Source: Meyerozyma guilliermondii (Eukaryota). Taken from it: a stretch of DNA of 64,000 bases. A model generated the notes under the pieces. That model had not been told where the DNA came from, made no database searches, and saw only the letters and a list, made by a program, of their open reading frames with translations. Position 1 is the stretch's first letter; each line of letters opens with the position of its first letter. Positions 49,709 through 61,300 of this stretch are shown piece by piece. Made by a program: the position numbers and the translations under genes. The stretch is taken from assembly GCA_051546255.1 (NCBI GenBank), contig CP128821.1, positions 806,001-870,000 on the forward strand, written 5' to 3'.

Positions 49709-49890
49709 CCACCTCGTTTGCATTTTATACAATCTATATTTTTTTTGCACCCAGCTCAAAAACGGTTCCAGGCCCGCTGTGGTTTGTGTGCAGTACCGCC
49801 CTATGAATTTTATCACGCACATCGCTTCAAAAGTAGATAAACTAAAACCTAGCAAGTTCTTTCCCGCCACTCCCGTGGGTTTTTTTTAGC

Positions 49891-50835
49891 ATGTCTGGGT
49901 CGATGAATGTGCGTTCATTGATCGAGGATCCTCCCAGCACCCCACAAGCTCGCCCAGAACCACAAAAACAGCAAAAACAGCAACCGGGTCCATCCACCAA
50001 TCTGTTGAATCCCGGTCTTCTTGCACTTCTAGGACCCAACGTAACCGAGTTTCCGTTCTCCGAGGCTGCGTACGTCGAGTCAATTCGACTACGTGTCGAA
50101 CAGGAGCGCACAAAACAAGAATATTACCGCCATGAAACCGCCCACAAGAAACTCATGATACTCGAATCGGCCCGCCAGGCCCAAGTTCCTCCTCATTTGA
50201 TCCCATATATGTGTGGGTCGGTCGAAGATCCCGCCAATTCCTCCCCTAGACGCCAGCTGGCTGTGCCGTCCGGAAATCTATCGCCCATGCCGCCGACGGC
50301 TACCTACCTTTCTCCCCACGACAACGCCAGTCCGGTGCCTCCACAGCAGTTTCGGTTTGGTGGAAGCAGCAGCAACAGCAGCACGTCCCGAAGACCACTT
50401 TCACCGGCAAAAGTGGGTGCTGCGGCCGTGGCTAGCCTCGCGACCCCTACGGCTCCGTATAGAAATGTGAACCTAAGAAGACAGAAACATCCTCTCCACC
50501 AGCGACACTACTCGTTGCCGTCCGAATTCCCCTCGCCCAAACGGAAACCGGCGTCGCTGACTATCCAGGTTAAACCGCTGCCGGCACAACCTCTAATGAA
50601 GCAGAACCTGACCCAGCCTCCGTCGCAGGAGTCCATGACTTCGTTCCAGCATGTTATTCAATTCCAACACTGGCGGCCCGAAGAAGGCGGACCGCCGCCC
50701 CACAACGAACACAAGCGCCAGAAGAGCTTACTGGTTAAGCCCGAAGACGACGAAGATGACGACGACGACGACGACGAAGATATCACCATGTCGCACTCCC
50801 GTCGTCCTTCAGATATCCCTTCTCACATTTCTTGA
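49891..50835 (+). CDS. BOP3: Bop3-like low-complexity protein
   Basis: GPNVTEFPFSE...EQERTKQEYY, RRPLSPAKVGAAAVASL and HQRHYSLP match blocks recalled from S. cerevisiae Bop3. Confidence 0.72.
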   Translation: MSGSMNVRSLIEDPPSTPQARPEPQKQQKQQPGPSTNLLNPGLLALLGPNVTEFPFSEAAYVESIRLRVEQERTKQEYYRHETAHKKLMILESARQAQVPPHLIPYMCGSVEDPANSSPRRQLAVPSGNLSPMPPTATYLSPHDNASPVPPQQFRFGGSSSNSSTSRRPLSPAKVGAAAVASLATPTAPYRNVNLRRQKHPLHQRHYSLPSEFPSPKRKPASLTIQVKPLPAQPLMKQNLTQPPSQESMTSFQHVIQFQHWRPEEGGPPPHNEHKRQKSLLVKPEDDEDDDDDDDEDITMSHSRRPSDIPSHIS

Positions 50836-50858
50836 CGTATATAGACTATACGGGGGGG

Positions 50859-52193
50859 TTACTGTTGGATCATCGCCTCGATGTCGGCCACAGAAGTGGG
50901 GGTGATTTCTTCGTCAATCATTTTCTCAAACGTCACTGTTTCCTTGGTCACCTTTTCGCATTCACGACGAAGCTCATGGGCAATGGATCTAATGTCTGTC
51001 TCGGACACCCCGTCTCCCAACACGTACGCACACAAGTCTTGAATCCAGATGTGGTCGTACACATAATAAACATCATGATACCGAAAGAGCTCACGGACAT
51101 TCAAAAGCGATTTCATCACCAACCGTTTTCCTCCTCGCAAATTATAGTACACATCGTCCCATGCCTTCATGGCTGCGTTCCAGTTGCGATGTAAAGGGTA
51201 TGCTAGGGCTCTCCGAATGCCCGTAATGATGGCGGTATGTACATAATTGTGACCTTGGTCCACTGCTAGTCGAGAATCCAAATAACATATTTGAGGAACG
51301 AGTTTTCCAACTGTCCAAGCACTCTCCACATTATGTTCTCCTTCGGTCTCTCGCATATCGTAATGGAATGCAAAGAGAAGAGAAAGAAGAAATGCAAAGA
51401 CAGATGGCTTGTCGTCAACGAGATACGATTTTTTGGGAAGCAGTTGCATTTTTTCTTGTTCATCCTTGGTAAACTCAACCGGCATTGTTTGGTTCACTTG
51501 TCCAGCTTCTTTGTACCATTTTTTGAATAGACGAGTGGTGGGAGACTTCCATTCCAAAATTTGACGGTATTCGTCTTCGTCGGCCATCATGTAGTCAGCA
51601 GCATAATATTCCATGTCAAACTTTATATTTTCTTTTATCAACCGCTCGAGCACCCTGTCTGTCTCTGGAGTATTTTCTGGATCTCCAAGCTCGTTAATAT
51701 CGTTACCTTTAGCTAGAGAAATACCCACCGTTTCTGAATATGCGTTGTTGAACCCGTAAGCAATGCCATTAATTTTTTCTGCTGGTTGCTGGGGGATTTC
51801 CCAGTTTATTTCATTCTGAGCCTCCTGTAACCCTTGCTCGGTTACTCCATTATCCAATTCCTCAATCAAAGGCTTCGTCGTCGTCTTCTCGTCGGACCTG
51901 GTGAGCAATTTTGCAGCAAGATCCAAATCTGGAAAATCTTGTCCTTTGGTCTCCTTGGGTAATTTCACACGAATTGACTCGTTCTGGCTGTCGTAGCTGG
52001 CCGTAGCTCGCTCGTCATCCACACATGAATGAGGAAAGTGGATTCGAAGGTAGTACGGGCTAAGTGAAAAAACAAATATTTTATCGTCTACAACCATTTC
52101 CATGTTCTTGCTGTTGAAGCGGACATGCGAAACCTTTATGTTCACGTACACAAACTCTTCATCTTGTTCTGTTGTGAAAAATGGTGTTATCAT
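50859..52193 (-). CDS. SHQ1: H/ACA snoRNP assembly factor Shq1
   Basis: MITPFFTTEQDEEF CS domain, LSPYYLR, EGEHNVESAWTVGKL, RRALAYPLHR; divergent from DPH1 as YIL104C/YIL103W. Confidence 0.93.
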   Translation of the reverse strand: MITPFFTTEQDEEFVYVNIKVSHVRFNSKNMEMVVDDKIFVFSLSPYYLRIHFPHSCVDDERATASYDSQNESIRVKLPKETKGQDFPDLDLAAKLLTRSDEKTTTKPLIEELDNGVTEQGLQEAQNEINWEIPQQPAEKINGIAYGFNNAYSETVGISLAKGNDINELGDPENTPETDRVLERLIKENIKFDMEYYAADYMMADEDEYRQILEWKSPTTRLFKKWYKEAGQVNQTMPVEFTKDEQEKMQLLPKKSYLVDDKPSVFAFLLSLLFAFHYDMRETEGEHNVESAWTVGKLVPQICYLDSRLAVDQGHNYVHTAIITGIRRALAYPLHRNWNAAMKAWDDVYYNLRGGKRLVMKSLLNVRELFRYHDVYYVYDHIWIQDLCAYVLGDGVSETDIRSIAHELRRECEKVTKETVTFEKMIDEEITPTSVADIEAMIQQ

Positions 52194-52210
52194 CGTAGTG
52201 GTTCTTGATA

Positions 52211-52262
52211 GCTCATCGCAAATTTCAATAATATTTCGCACCCCAGATTTCGAAATTTTTCA
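52211..52262. promoter_or_regulatory. PAC (GCTCATCGC, 52211) and RRPE (AAATTTTTCA, 52253) in the 89-bp SHQ1/DPH1 bidirectional promoter
   Basis: Both ribosome-biogenesis motifs are exact. Confidence 0.8.
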
Positions 52263-52282
52263 CATCTCGAACCGAATTAGTA

Positions 52283-53485
52283 ATGTCCAAGACTCCACGT
52301 AGACGCTTTGTGGGACGTCCCGCGCCTGAAGGGGGTGACAAGTCTGTTGTTCGGGCTCTGAAGGGCCGCCATATAGGACGACTTATGAACCAAATACCAG
52401 AAGACATCTTGAACGATAAGGAACTCAATGAAGCCATCCGACTTCTTCCTTCAAACTACAACTTTGAACTTCACAAAACGGTGTGGAATATCCGCAAGAA
52501 TAACGCCAAGCGTGTGGCATTGCAAATGCCCGAAGGACTCTTGATTTACTCGTTGGTTATATCGGATATCTTGGAACAGTTCTGTCAAGTGGAGACCATA
52601 GTGATGGGCGATGTATCTTACGGGGCATGTTGTATTGACGATTATACTGCTCGGGCGCTTGATTGCGACTTTATAATACACTATGCCCACTCGTGTTTGG
52701 TGCCTATTGATATTACGACGATAAAAGTACTCTATGTCTTTGTGACGATCAACATCGACGAAACCCATCTTATGAACACTATAATACGAAATTTCCACCC
52801 AGAACAGCACCTAGCCATGTTCGGAACCATCCAGTTTAACCCTACCATTCACAGTGTAAAGCAGAAATTGGAACAAGAAAAAATCTACGTTACACCTCCA
52901 CAGTCCATGCCGCTCTCAAAGGGAGAAGTGTTAGGATGCACTTCTGCAAGATTGAGCAAAGATATTGATGCCATGGTATACGTGGGTGACGGGCGGTTCC
53001 ATATGGAGAGTGCCATGATCCACAACCCGGAAATTCCAGCATATCGATACGATCCGTATTCTCGCAAGTTTACTCGAGAGTATTACGACCACAAAGAAAT
53101 GGCAGAAGTAAGGAGATGGGCCATTGACCATGCTCGAGGAGCACGCAAAATCGGCTTGATATTGGGCTCGCTAGGCCGGCAAGGAAGCCCAGCAACTCTC
53201 GATAAACTTGAAGCAAAATTAAAAGAGAATAATGTTACCGTTGTGAAGATTATTCTAAGCGAGATATTTCCTGGAAAACTAGCCATGTTTGACGATATCG
53301 ATGCTTTCGTGCAAGTTGCGTGCCCTCGACTTTCTATAGATTGGGGATATGCTTTTGAAAAACCGCTTTTGACACCGTATGAAGCCATGGTGATGATGGA
53401 CGAAGACAAGTGGGATAGTTACTACCCCATGGATTACTATAGTCGGGATGGATACGGCCGCGGCAAGCAGCCACAACGGATCTAG
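52283..53485 (+). CDS. DPH1: Diphthamide biosynthesis protein Dph1
   Basis: [48 protein letters not shown]. Confidence 0.96.
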   Translation: MSKTPRRRFVGRPAPEGGDKSVVRALKGRHIGRLMNQIPEDILNDKELNEAIRLLPSNYNFELHKTVWNIRKNNAKRVALQMPEGLLIYSLVISDILEQFCQVETIVMGDVSYGACCIDDYTARALDCDFIIHYAHSCLVPIDITTIKVLYVFVTINIDETHLMNTIIRNFHPEQHLAMFGTIQFNPTIHSVKQKLEQEKIYVTPPQSMPLSKGEVLGCTSARLSKDIDAMVYVGDGRFHMESAMIHNPEIPAYRYDPYSRKFTREYYDHKEMAEVRRWAIDHARGARKIGLILGSLGRQGSPATLDKLEAKLKENNVTVVKIILSEIFPGKLAMFDDIDAFVQVACPRLSIDWGYAFEKPLLTPYEAMVMMDEDKWDSYYPMDYYSRDGYGRGKQPQRI

Positions 53486-54696
53486 TTAAACAATGCTTGC
53501 ATGTTCTTGAGTTGTCTGATTTCCGAAGTGAGACGTTCTTCAAGAGTTAGTTCCACCTCGGACGACTTGATGATTGGTGTAGCTTCTTCTCTCTGCACGA
53601 GCAGATCCACTCTTCCTTTCTTGACCATGGACGTCAAGAGCTCGTACGCTACTTGAGCGCCATTGGTAGCAGTTATTTCAGCATTATCAAAAGCTGGAGA
53701 AACCTCAACCACATCTCCGCCAACTATGGTAAGATGGTCGATGTGTCTCAACACATAGATGAGCTCACGGGGTAACCATCCGCCAGGCTCCTGGGTACCG
53801 GTACCACTACCAAATCCTGGATCAAGCACATCGATATCAACAGATATATAGGTGGGAGTATCGGCCGGAATGGTGGCATTGATTTTGGCGATAACCGACT
53901 GGACCCCGTCAATCCAAATGTCGTCTGCGTAGATCCTGACAAAGTTCTGCTTGTCGTCGTCCTCGTAGTCTTCAAGTCCGGAAAGTTTGGTCCGCAATCC
54001 AGCATGGATGTTTGTGTTGGTGGTGAGACCTTCTTCGAACGCAGTCCAGAGCATGGAACCATGGGTTATTTCCGACTGGTCCGAATGCCAGAACGAAGGA
54101 TACTTGTCTGGCGACCACGTATCAAGGTGGGCATCAAAGTGGATCACATTAAGAGGACCATATGCCTTTTTAAGTGCTCTTAAATGTGGCAAGAGCACAG
54201 AGTGATCTCCTCCCAAAGCTATGTAACGAGGGGGAGCTTTGGAGCTCGAGTTTCGACGGAGAATCAACTCTTCGAATGCTAGGTCCATCTGCTTGAATGC
54301 AAGGTGGTTATCCATGGGTGTAACTGGAATATCTCCACAATCAAGTACTTTGGCCCATGAAGTATAAGGATTGAAATTGGCTCGTTGATTGTAGCCACGA
54401 AGAGAGGTTTGGCGCTGAGCAGCAGCCCGAATGGCCCTGGGACCGAATCTGGCTCCTGGGCGATACAGCACTGCCGTATCGAATGGAACACCAATTATGG
54501 CAAAATCGTAAATTTCATCGGGTTGAGTCAAACAAACTTTATGGTCCAAATGGGCAAAAGTATTGATACCCTGGAATGGCCAGAGTCCATCCCACATCTC
54601 CGAGAGGGAAGGTGGGTTGGAATCGTACACCACATTGTCGTTTTTTAGGGTCAATTGAGCCAAAGCAGTGGCAAAAAGAAGAGGAAGGAGCTTCAT
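53482..54696 (-). CDS. Ureohydrolase (agmatinase/guanidinobutyrase type) with signal peptide
   Basis: [14 protein letters not shown] (CTG=Ser), [39 protein letters not shown]. Confidence 0.9.
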   Translation of the reverse strand: MKLLPLLFATALAQLTLKNDNVVYDSNPPSLSEMWDGLWPFQGINTFAHLDHKVCLTQPDEIYDFAIIGVPFDTAVLYRPGARFGPRAIRAAAQRQTSLRGYNQRANFNPYTSWAKVLDCGDIPVTPMDNHLAFKQMDLAFEELILRRNSSSKAPPRYIALGGDHSVLLPHLRALKKAYGPLNVIHFDAHLDTWSPDKYPSFWHSDQSEITHGSMLWTAFEEGLTTNTNIHAGLRTKLSGLEDYEDDDKQNFVRIYADDIWIDGVQSVIAKINATIPADTPTYISVDIDVLDPGFGSGTGTQEPGGWLPRELIYVLRHIDHLTIVGGDVVEVSPAFDNAEITATNGAQVAYELLTSMVKKGRVDLLVQREEATPIIKSSEVELTLEERLTSEIRQLKNMQALFN

Positions 54697-55681
54697 ATCG
54701 AGGTTGCAGCGGGTTGCAGCGATTTATATGCGAATTGCGCGGCGGCTCGGAATTGGCCTCTGGATTAGGCAGTGCCGCGCGGTGGAGGGTGCGACCTTGT
54801 AGGTTGCAATTTGCACCCAAAAATAGTGGACCAACAAACGAAAAAGCTGAAAAGAAACTTAAATGGGTAAAGTCAGCCGATCATGTGGATCGCAGAGAAC
54901 AATAGTAAGGGCTCTTAGAACAGTCATGATAGAATATCAGGAAACATTCTCAAAACACTAATTAAACTAATCCCAGAAAAAGTCATGAAGTTGGTTGATT
55001 CTTGAGGTTCTGGCTTGACAGCGACGAGAATTCGTTATTCTCTACTTTTAATAAAAGGTTTAGGTGAAACCGTAATAACATTTTCTAAGTCATTAAGAGT
55101 AGGTTAGCTTGAGTCATGTATACCTTCTTGGTTAGGTATGCTGAATCTTGCAACGTATAAGCATAATATCTTTTCTATCGTAGAACTATCAGTACGTGCT
55201 AAACCTTTTCAATTCATTCCTGTGCCCTAATTGTATAGGACTTGGGGAGTTTGCTTGAAACGGCTCAAACATGGTGTTCTTTGGAAGGTGCGAAGGAGTA
55301 AAAATAGTTTCTTGAATAACTGTAGGAATTACAACCGCAGAGTTTAAGTGAGCAACATAGTAATTTCTAGTTATAATAATATGTTAATACTTTTCAAGTT
55401 ATATCTTTTTATAGGGTATCAGTGACGACACCTTTGGAAACCATTTGAGAGTCGTGCTTCTAGTTACGGAAAATGGACACAATGATTCTCGATTTTAACA
55501 GTAAGAGACTGTTGAGTTGGCACTGATTTATGATGAGATAAAATGGAATTATTGAACTTGTATTCGTATATATCTATTTGAAAGCTTAGCATTTGTAATA
55601 TGTTGACAGTATATGCTTTAAACAGCCCAAAGCTTCAATCGCTTACACCTTTGGCAGTTTTTCTTCGTCTTGGCTGCATTG

Positions 55682-57217
55682 TCAGGTAAACCCCCAAACT
55701 CCTAAACTGCTGCCCCCATCGGCATCCACCAGCTTGATTTTCCTCACGAGCAACCCAATGCAAATTGGCGCTACCATAGTGCAAAGAACCACCGCCCAAA
55801 CCACTATTACGTATACTTCAGAACTACCACCAGGACTCAAAGGATTCCCAAATACACCTTTAGACTCGGCAAGTGACGCAACCAAAAATCCAATCTCACC
55901 TCGTGGAACCATGGAAAGTCCCAATAAAGGAACTGCGTAATTATTTGTCTTGCTTCGCGATTTGACTCGGAGGAGCCACAAGCAGCATACCAATTTGGAA
56001 ATTGCCATAAGAACGGAATACACCAAACCTCTCCAGAGGAGACGACCAGTGAACATCTGTGTAATGGGAATTGAAAACCCCACGGTTGCAAAAAAAATTG
56101 GGCGTAAAATGCGGCCTAAAGGTTGGGAGTAGAATTTCTCAAAAACCTCGAGCCCCGTAACATGAGGTTGGTGGACAGTAGAAGCTACATCCTCCGTCAC
56201 TTCGATGCTGTCTTCGCTGGCCCCGGTACTGGGTTCCGTAGAAGTTTGGGAGGAAGGCGAAAACGAACCATCGTTAGAATACTGATCATAGCCGGTGGTA
56301 GTTGACTGAGCATTTTGAGTGGGTGTTACTTCGCCCAGGGTTTGCTGGGTCCATTGCAGATTGGCCTCGGACATTTCTATGTCTTCTTCCTGTTCAAATT
56401 CTAGTTTATCCCACCAGGAAATGGCAGCACCTGTGACATAGGCAGCCGTCAACAGCGAGGCCCCAGCATACGTTGCGCCGGTGACAATGCCGAAAAGAAG
56501 AAGGGTATGGCATACGAAGTAAACCGGGGCACTTTTGGGAAATTTCCACTGGTTTAAAATAGCATAACGAGTCGCTGGACGAACAATTAGCCAGCACACT
56601 AATGCTGTGATCACAATTAGTCCAATGGAAACAAAAACAGGTCTAATCACAGAAACCGCCGTAAAAGACCCGTCGCCCAAATTGGAGATCACCTGGAGCA
56701 TCACAAGACCAGCAATATCATCGATCATGGCGGCTGAAGTTAAGAGAACTCCAACTTTTGAAAGCACAAGTTTAGATGTCGACATGATTGTGAAAGCCGT
56801 TCCCAAACTAGTAGAGCAAAGAGCAGCTCCAGCTGCAAAAGCCGCCACCGGAGTAGCATTGGAATAACCCAAAATTGAAAAACTAATTGCTATTGGTGCG
56901 GTTATTCCGGTTAAAGCAATGATTAGTGAAAGATGAATATTTTTCATCAAAATTTCCATAGAGCTTAAAAGGCCCCCTTCGTAAACAATCAAAATAAGCC
57001 CCAAATATCCAAGGTCGAGAAAAACCTTTTCGGTACTTTCATCGATCCATTTTCCACCAGGAGTTCCCCAAGCTATTCCTAGTAAAATCTGGCCCACGAG
57101 TCCACAATACAAGTATTTATCAAGGACGTAGTTCACCACATTGAGAAGAAGAATAAATGAGCTCAAGATCAAAATTCGAACGATTCCGGGTTCATGGTAT
57201 GGAAGGTAAGTGGCCAT
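55682..57217 (-). CDS. Cation/H+ antiporter (CPA2/Kef-like)
   Basis: LPYHEP, TSLGT, AAMIDDIAGL, PIFFATVGF, MVPRGEIG; many TM segments. Confidence 0.85.
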   Translation of the reverse strand: MATYLPYHEPGIVRILILSSFILLLNVVNYVLDKYLYCGLVGQILLGIAWGTPGGKWIDESTEKVFLDLGYLGLILIVYEGGLLSSMEILMKNIHLSLIIALTGITAPIAISFSILGYSNATPVAAFAAGAALCSTSLGTAFTIMSTSKLVLSKVGVLLTSAAMIDDIAGLVMLQVISNLGDGSFTAVSVIRPVFVSIGLIVITALVCWLIVRPATRYAILNQWKFPKSAPVYFVCHTLLLFGIVTGATYAGASLLTAAYVTGAAISWWDKLEFEQEEDIEMSEANLQWTQQTLGEVTPTQNAQSTTTGYDQYSNDGSFSPSSQTSTEPSTGASEDSIEVTEDVASTVHQPHVTGLEVFEKFYSQPLGRILRPIFFATVGFSIPITQMFTGRLLWRGLVYSVLMAISKLVCCLWLLRVKSRSKTNNYAVPLLGLSMVPRGEIGFLVASLAESKGVFGNPLSPGGSSEVYVIVVWAVVLCTMVAPICIGLLVRKIKLVDADGGSSLGVWGFT

Positions 57218-58331
57218 GAAGAGTAACCAAATTTTTTGCGACTTGGTAACGGTATTATGTAATCTGTTCGTAAATGGTTAGCGATAAGAAGAAATGGGGG
57301 ACTGAGCTTACTTGAAAAATTTGAATTTTGGTGCACATAAATCGTAATAAATGTTTGAGATTGGTTCAATTTCAGAGCTCGTTTGTCTTCTTTAAGTCCA
57401 ATTTGATATTTGCGGAAATTAGAATTTTGTAAATTTGCGAAACCACAGAATTTTGCAAATATAAAATAATTAGAAATGTATACAAGCCAATTTAGTTATG
57501 GAAATACCAGCATGTTTGTTACATCAAGAAGCATTAACCACAGACAAAAGTTACATTTTGATCACCTTGTATGAGTGAAATTGCAATTATGTGCTAACCA
57601 GATATATACTGATTATATTAAGCAATTAGACCGACTCACCTATTCAATGTATCTCTAATTCTTTCCCAATACTCTTCAATTGCTTCCTTGAATCAAAAAC
57701 TACAAGTCTTTCACTTTTGACGGCAAAGGATATCGATGTCCCTTGTCAGATTGCAAAAAAGGCAAATGATAGAGGAAGCTTCATGCGACAATGACTATGA
57801 TCTTATATTGAGAACTTGATAATGTTTCAATTGCTCTTATCTTTAGAACGTGAGAAATCAGCTCGATATGTCAAAGGTGCCTCCTTCTATTCATAATCTT
57901 ACTTCAATCTGTAGTCTTCGACCTGTATTCGGCTTTATTTTATACGTAATTTTGGGAAGTTACTCATTATTAAATGTAGTCTCTCCATTACCCAGAAGCG
58001 AATATGATCATGTTCATCAAATCTCAAAATCTCTTGAACGAACTTTTCAAGTGTTTGGCATTTCAACTTGAATTTGAGTGGCTTGGGACGGTTGCAAATT
58101 CCTGCATCTCGCCGTGGATTGTTGCAAAATCGAGCGCGGGTGCAGGATTTATAGTACCGCGTTTGCGAATTCATTTGCAGTTGTTGTTTATCACTTCGTA
58201 CAAACTTCTTAAATTTGAATCGTTCTTTTAAAGTATATGGCGAAAATATTTCCTGAAGAATTAAAATAGAATCCTCTATAACGTGTTACGCGAAGCAATA
58301 TTTCACGGCTTGAAATGTACAAATTTTGAAC

Positions 58332-61300
58332 CTAGGTCATGATACCTAAAATTAATGCCGCAATAAGAATTGAAGTTCCGCTTCTTGAAGCCTTTCCCTC
58401 GAGAGCTGAAACGGACTCGTCAGCGACAGTTGGCGAGTAAGTGGAGCTGGTGCTTGACCAAGGAGAACCTGGGACAACAGAAGGCGAACCAGGAGAACCA
58501 GGTGCGGAGCCAGGTGAAGTAGGAGCAGGTCCAGGAGCAACAGGTGTTTCGCTTGCTGGAACCGATCCAAAAACGGTAGGTGTTTCCGCAGCTGGACCTG
58601 GACCTGGAGTTCCTTCGGGATTTGAACCAGGCACTGTGACAGTAGGTGCTTCTGGTCCGGGGACAGGAGTCTCATAAGTTGCTTCAGTAGGCACACTTTC
58701 TCCTGGTTGGTAGGTGTATGTGTAATGCGCCATTGTGACAGTAACAGGAGCTCCTGTGATACAAGGGACGGTGGTCGTGATGGTTTCGGTACCCGATGTT
58801 GTAACCACAACCTTGCTTGTTTGACTTCCACCAGGACCAGGATAGACGGTGGTGTACTCGGTACACGCTTCACAATATTCAGTTTCTGTGACCCATGGGA
58901 CGGTCCTCGTGATGGTTTCAGTACCCGCAGTTGTGACCACAACCTTGCTTGTTTGAGTTCCACCAGGACCTGGGTACACTGTAGTGTACTCGGCGCACAC
59001 CTCACAATGTTCAGTTTCCGTGACACATGGTACTGTAGTTGTGATCGTTTCGGTACCTGTTGTTGTAACCACAACCTTGCTTGTTTGACTTCCACTAGGG
59101 CCTGGACACACTGTGGTGTATTCAGTGCACACTTCACACTGTTCAGTGATGGTTGTTATCCCTTTTTGTGGATATTTTGAAGTATTCAAGATGGATTTCA
59201 TAGGTGTCAACTGCGATGTGGGTACAGTAACCGTGTCAGATGTGGTTCTTGTCCTTGTGATAATGGTTGGTGTCGTGGAAGACAATACTCTTGTCCTTGA
59301 AGTATCTGCAATTGAAGTAGAAAATTCTGTTGTCGTTGATGTTGATTCAGTTAATGAAGACAATTCCCTTGTTCTCGAAGTTTCCGCAATCGAAGAAGGA
59401 GATACCGAGGACGTTTCTGATGACAATGTAACAGTTGAAGAAACCACGACTGTAATAGTCACATCCGATGAAGACAGCTCCGCTGATCTCGAAGAAGCAG
59501 TCGAAGAAGACCTTGTTCTTGAAGTATTTGCAATCGACATCGACGGCGACAGTGTTTCAGACGAAGATAACGTGACCGTCGAAGAAGTCACAATCGTAGG
59601 AGTGACCATCGAAGAAGACAGCTCTGCTGATCTCGAAGAAGCCGTGATTGAAGACGAAGAACTAGGAGTCTCGGACGATAACGTGACAGTCGAAGAAGAC
59701 CTTGTTCTTGAAGTATTTGCAATCGACATCGATGACAGCAGTGTTTCAGACGACGATAATGTGACAGTTGAAGATATCGTAATCGTAATAGTCACATCAG
59801 ACGAAGAAGACGCTACTGACCTTGAAGAAGGTCTGATTGAAGACGACGAAACACTTGGGGTCTCAGACGACAATGTGACGGTCGAGGAAGTCACAATCGT
59901 AGACGTCACGATCGAAGAAGGCACAGTCGAAGAAGACAGTTCCGCTGACCTTGAAGAAGGTCTGATTGAAGACGACGAAACACTTGGGGTCTCAGACGAT
60001 AACGTGACAGTCGAGGAAGTCATAATCGTGGAAGTCACAATCGAAGAAGACAGTTCCGCTGACCTTGAAGAAGGTTTGATTGAGGTCGATGAAACACTTG
60101 GAGTCTCAGATGAGGAAGAAGGCACAGTCCAAGAAGATACAGTAGATGACCACGTCTCCGAGGAAGAAGGCACAGTCCAAGAAGATGCAATAGATGACCA
60201 ACTCTCCGACGAAGAAGGAACAGTCCAAGAAGACAGTTCCGCTGACCTTGAAGAAGGTCTGATTGAAGACGACGAAACACTTGGAGTCTCAGACGATAAC
60301 GTGACAGTCGAGGAAATCACAATCGTAGAGGTCACGATCGAAGAAGACGCTATCGAAGAGGGCACAGACGATGTAGTACATGGAGTCTCCGTCGAAGAAG
60401 GCACAGACCAAGACGAAACAGTAGATGACCAAGTTTCAGACGAAAAAGGCACAGACGAAGATCTTCCTGCAACGGAGCTTTCGCTTGAAGTGGTACATGG
60501 AGTCTCCGACGAAGAAGGCACAGTCCATGAAGACACAGTAGATGACCAACTCTCCGACGAAGATTTTCCAGCCAAGGAGCTTTCGCTAGAAGTGGTGCAT
60601 GGAGTCTCCGACGAAGAAGGCACAGTCCAAGAAGATACAGACGAAGATCTTCCTGCAACGGAGCTTTCGCTTGAAGTGGTACATGGAGTCTCCGACGAAG
60701 AAGGCACAGTCCATGAAGACACAGTAGATGACCAAGTCTCAGACGAAGATGACACAGTCCAAGAAGATACAGTCGATGACCAACTCTCAGACGAAGAAGG
60801 CACAGACGAAGATCTTCCAGCAACGGAGCTCTCGCTTGAAGTGGTACATGAAGTTTCTGATGATGAAGACACAGTCCAAGAAGATACAACAGATGACCAA
60901 CTCTCCGACGAAGAAGGCACAGTCCAAGAAGATACAGATGACCAACTCTCAGAAGAAGCAGGGATGGACGAAGATTTTCCAGCCACGGAGCTTTCGCTTG
61001 AAGTGGTACATGGAGTCTCCGACGAAGAAGGCACAGTCCATGAAGACACAGTAGATGACCAAGTCTCAGACGAAGATCTTCCAGCAACGGAGCTTTCGCT
61101 TGAAGTGGTACATGGAGTTTGCGACGAAGTAGGCACAGTCCATGAAGATACAGTTGATGACCAAATTTCAGACGAGGAAGGCACAATCGACGACTTTCCA
61201 GCCAACGAGCTTTCGCTTGAAGTGGTACATGGAGTCTCCGACGAAGTAGGCACAGTCCAAGAAGATACAACAGACGACCAAGTCTCAGACGAAGTCGTAC

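Noticed and set aside
3711..52241. Upstream in-frame extensions in the ORF track (DED81, bromodomain, UFD1-like, GEP7, YTA12, JJJ3, RPA49, bHLH, LMBR1, SHQ1)
   Set aside because: They run through promoter DNA or neighbouring genes and mostly use TTG/GTG starts; homologous N-termini begin at the downstream ATG
34428..53485. DPH1 and JJJ3/DPH4 as a diphthamide cluster
   Set aside because: 17 kb apart, and each sits in its own ancestral synteny pair
13268..54696. Amidase + ALDH + ureohydrolase as an arginine/guanidinobutyrate catabolic cluster
   Set aside because: Spread over 40 kb with many unrelated genes between them
54900..58330. Centromere, LTR or transposon remnant in the AT-rich flanks
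   Set aside because: No terminal repeats, target-site duplication, gag/pol or transposase similarity visible, and an intact gene interrupts the region
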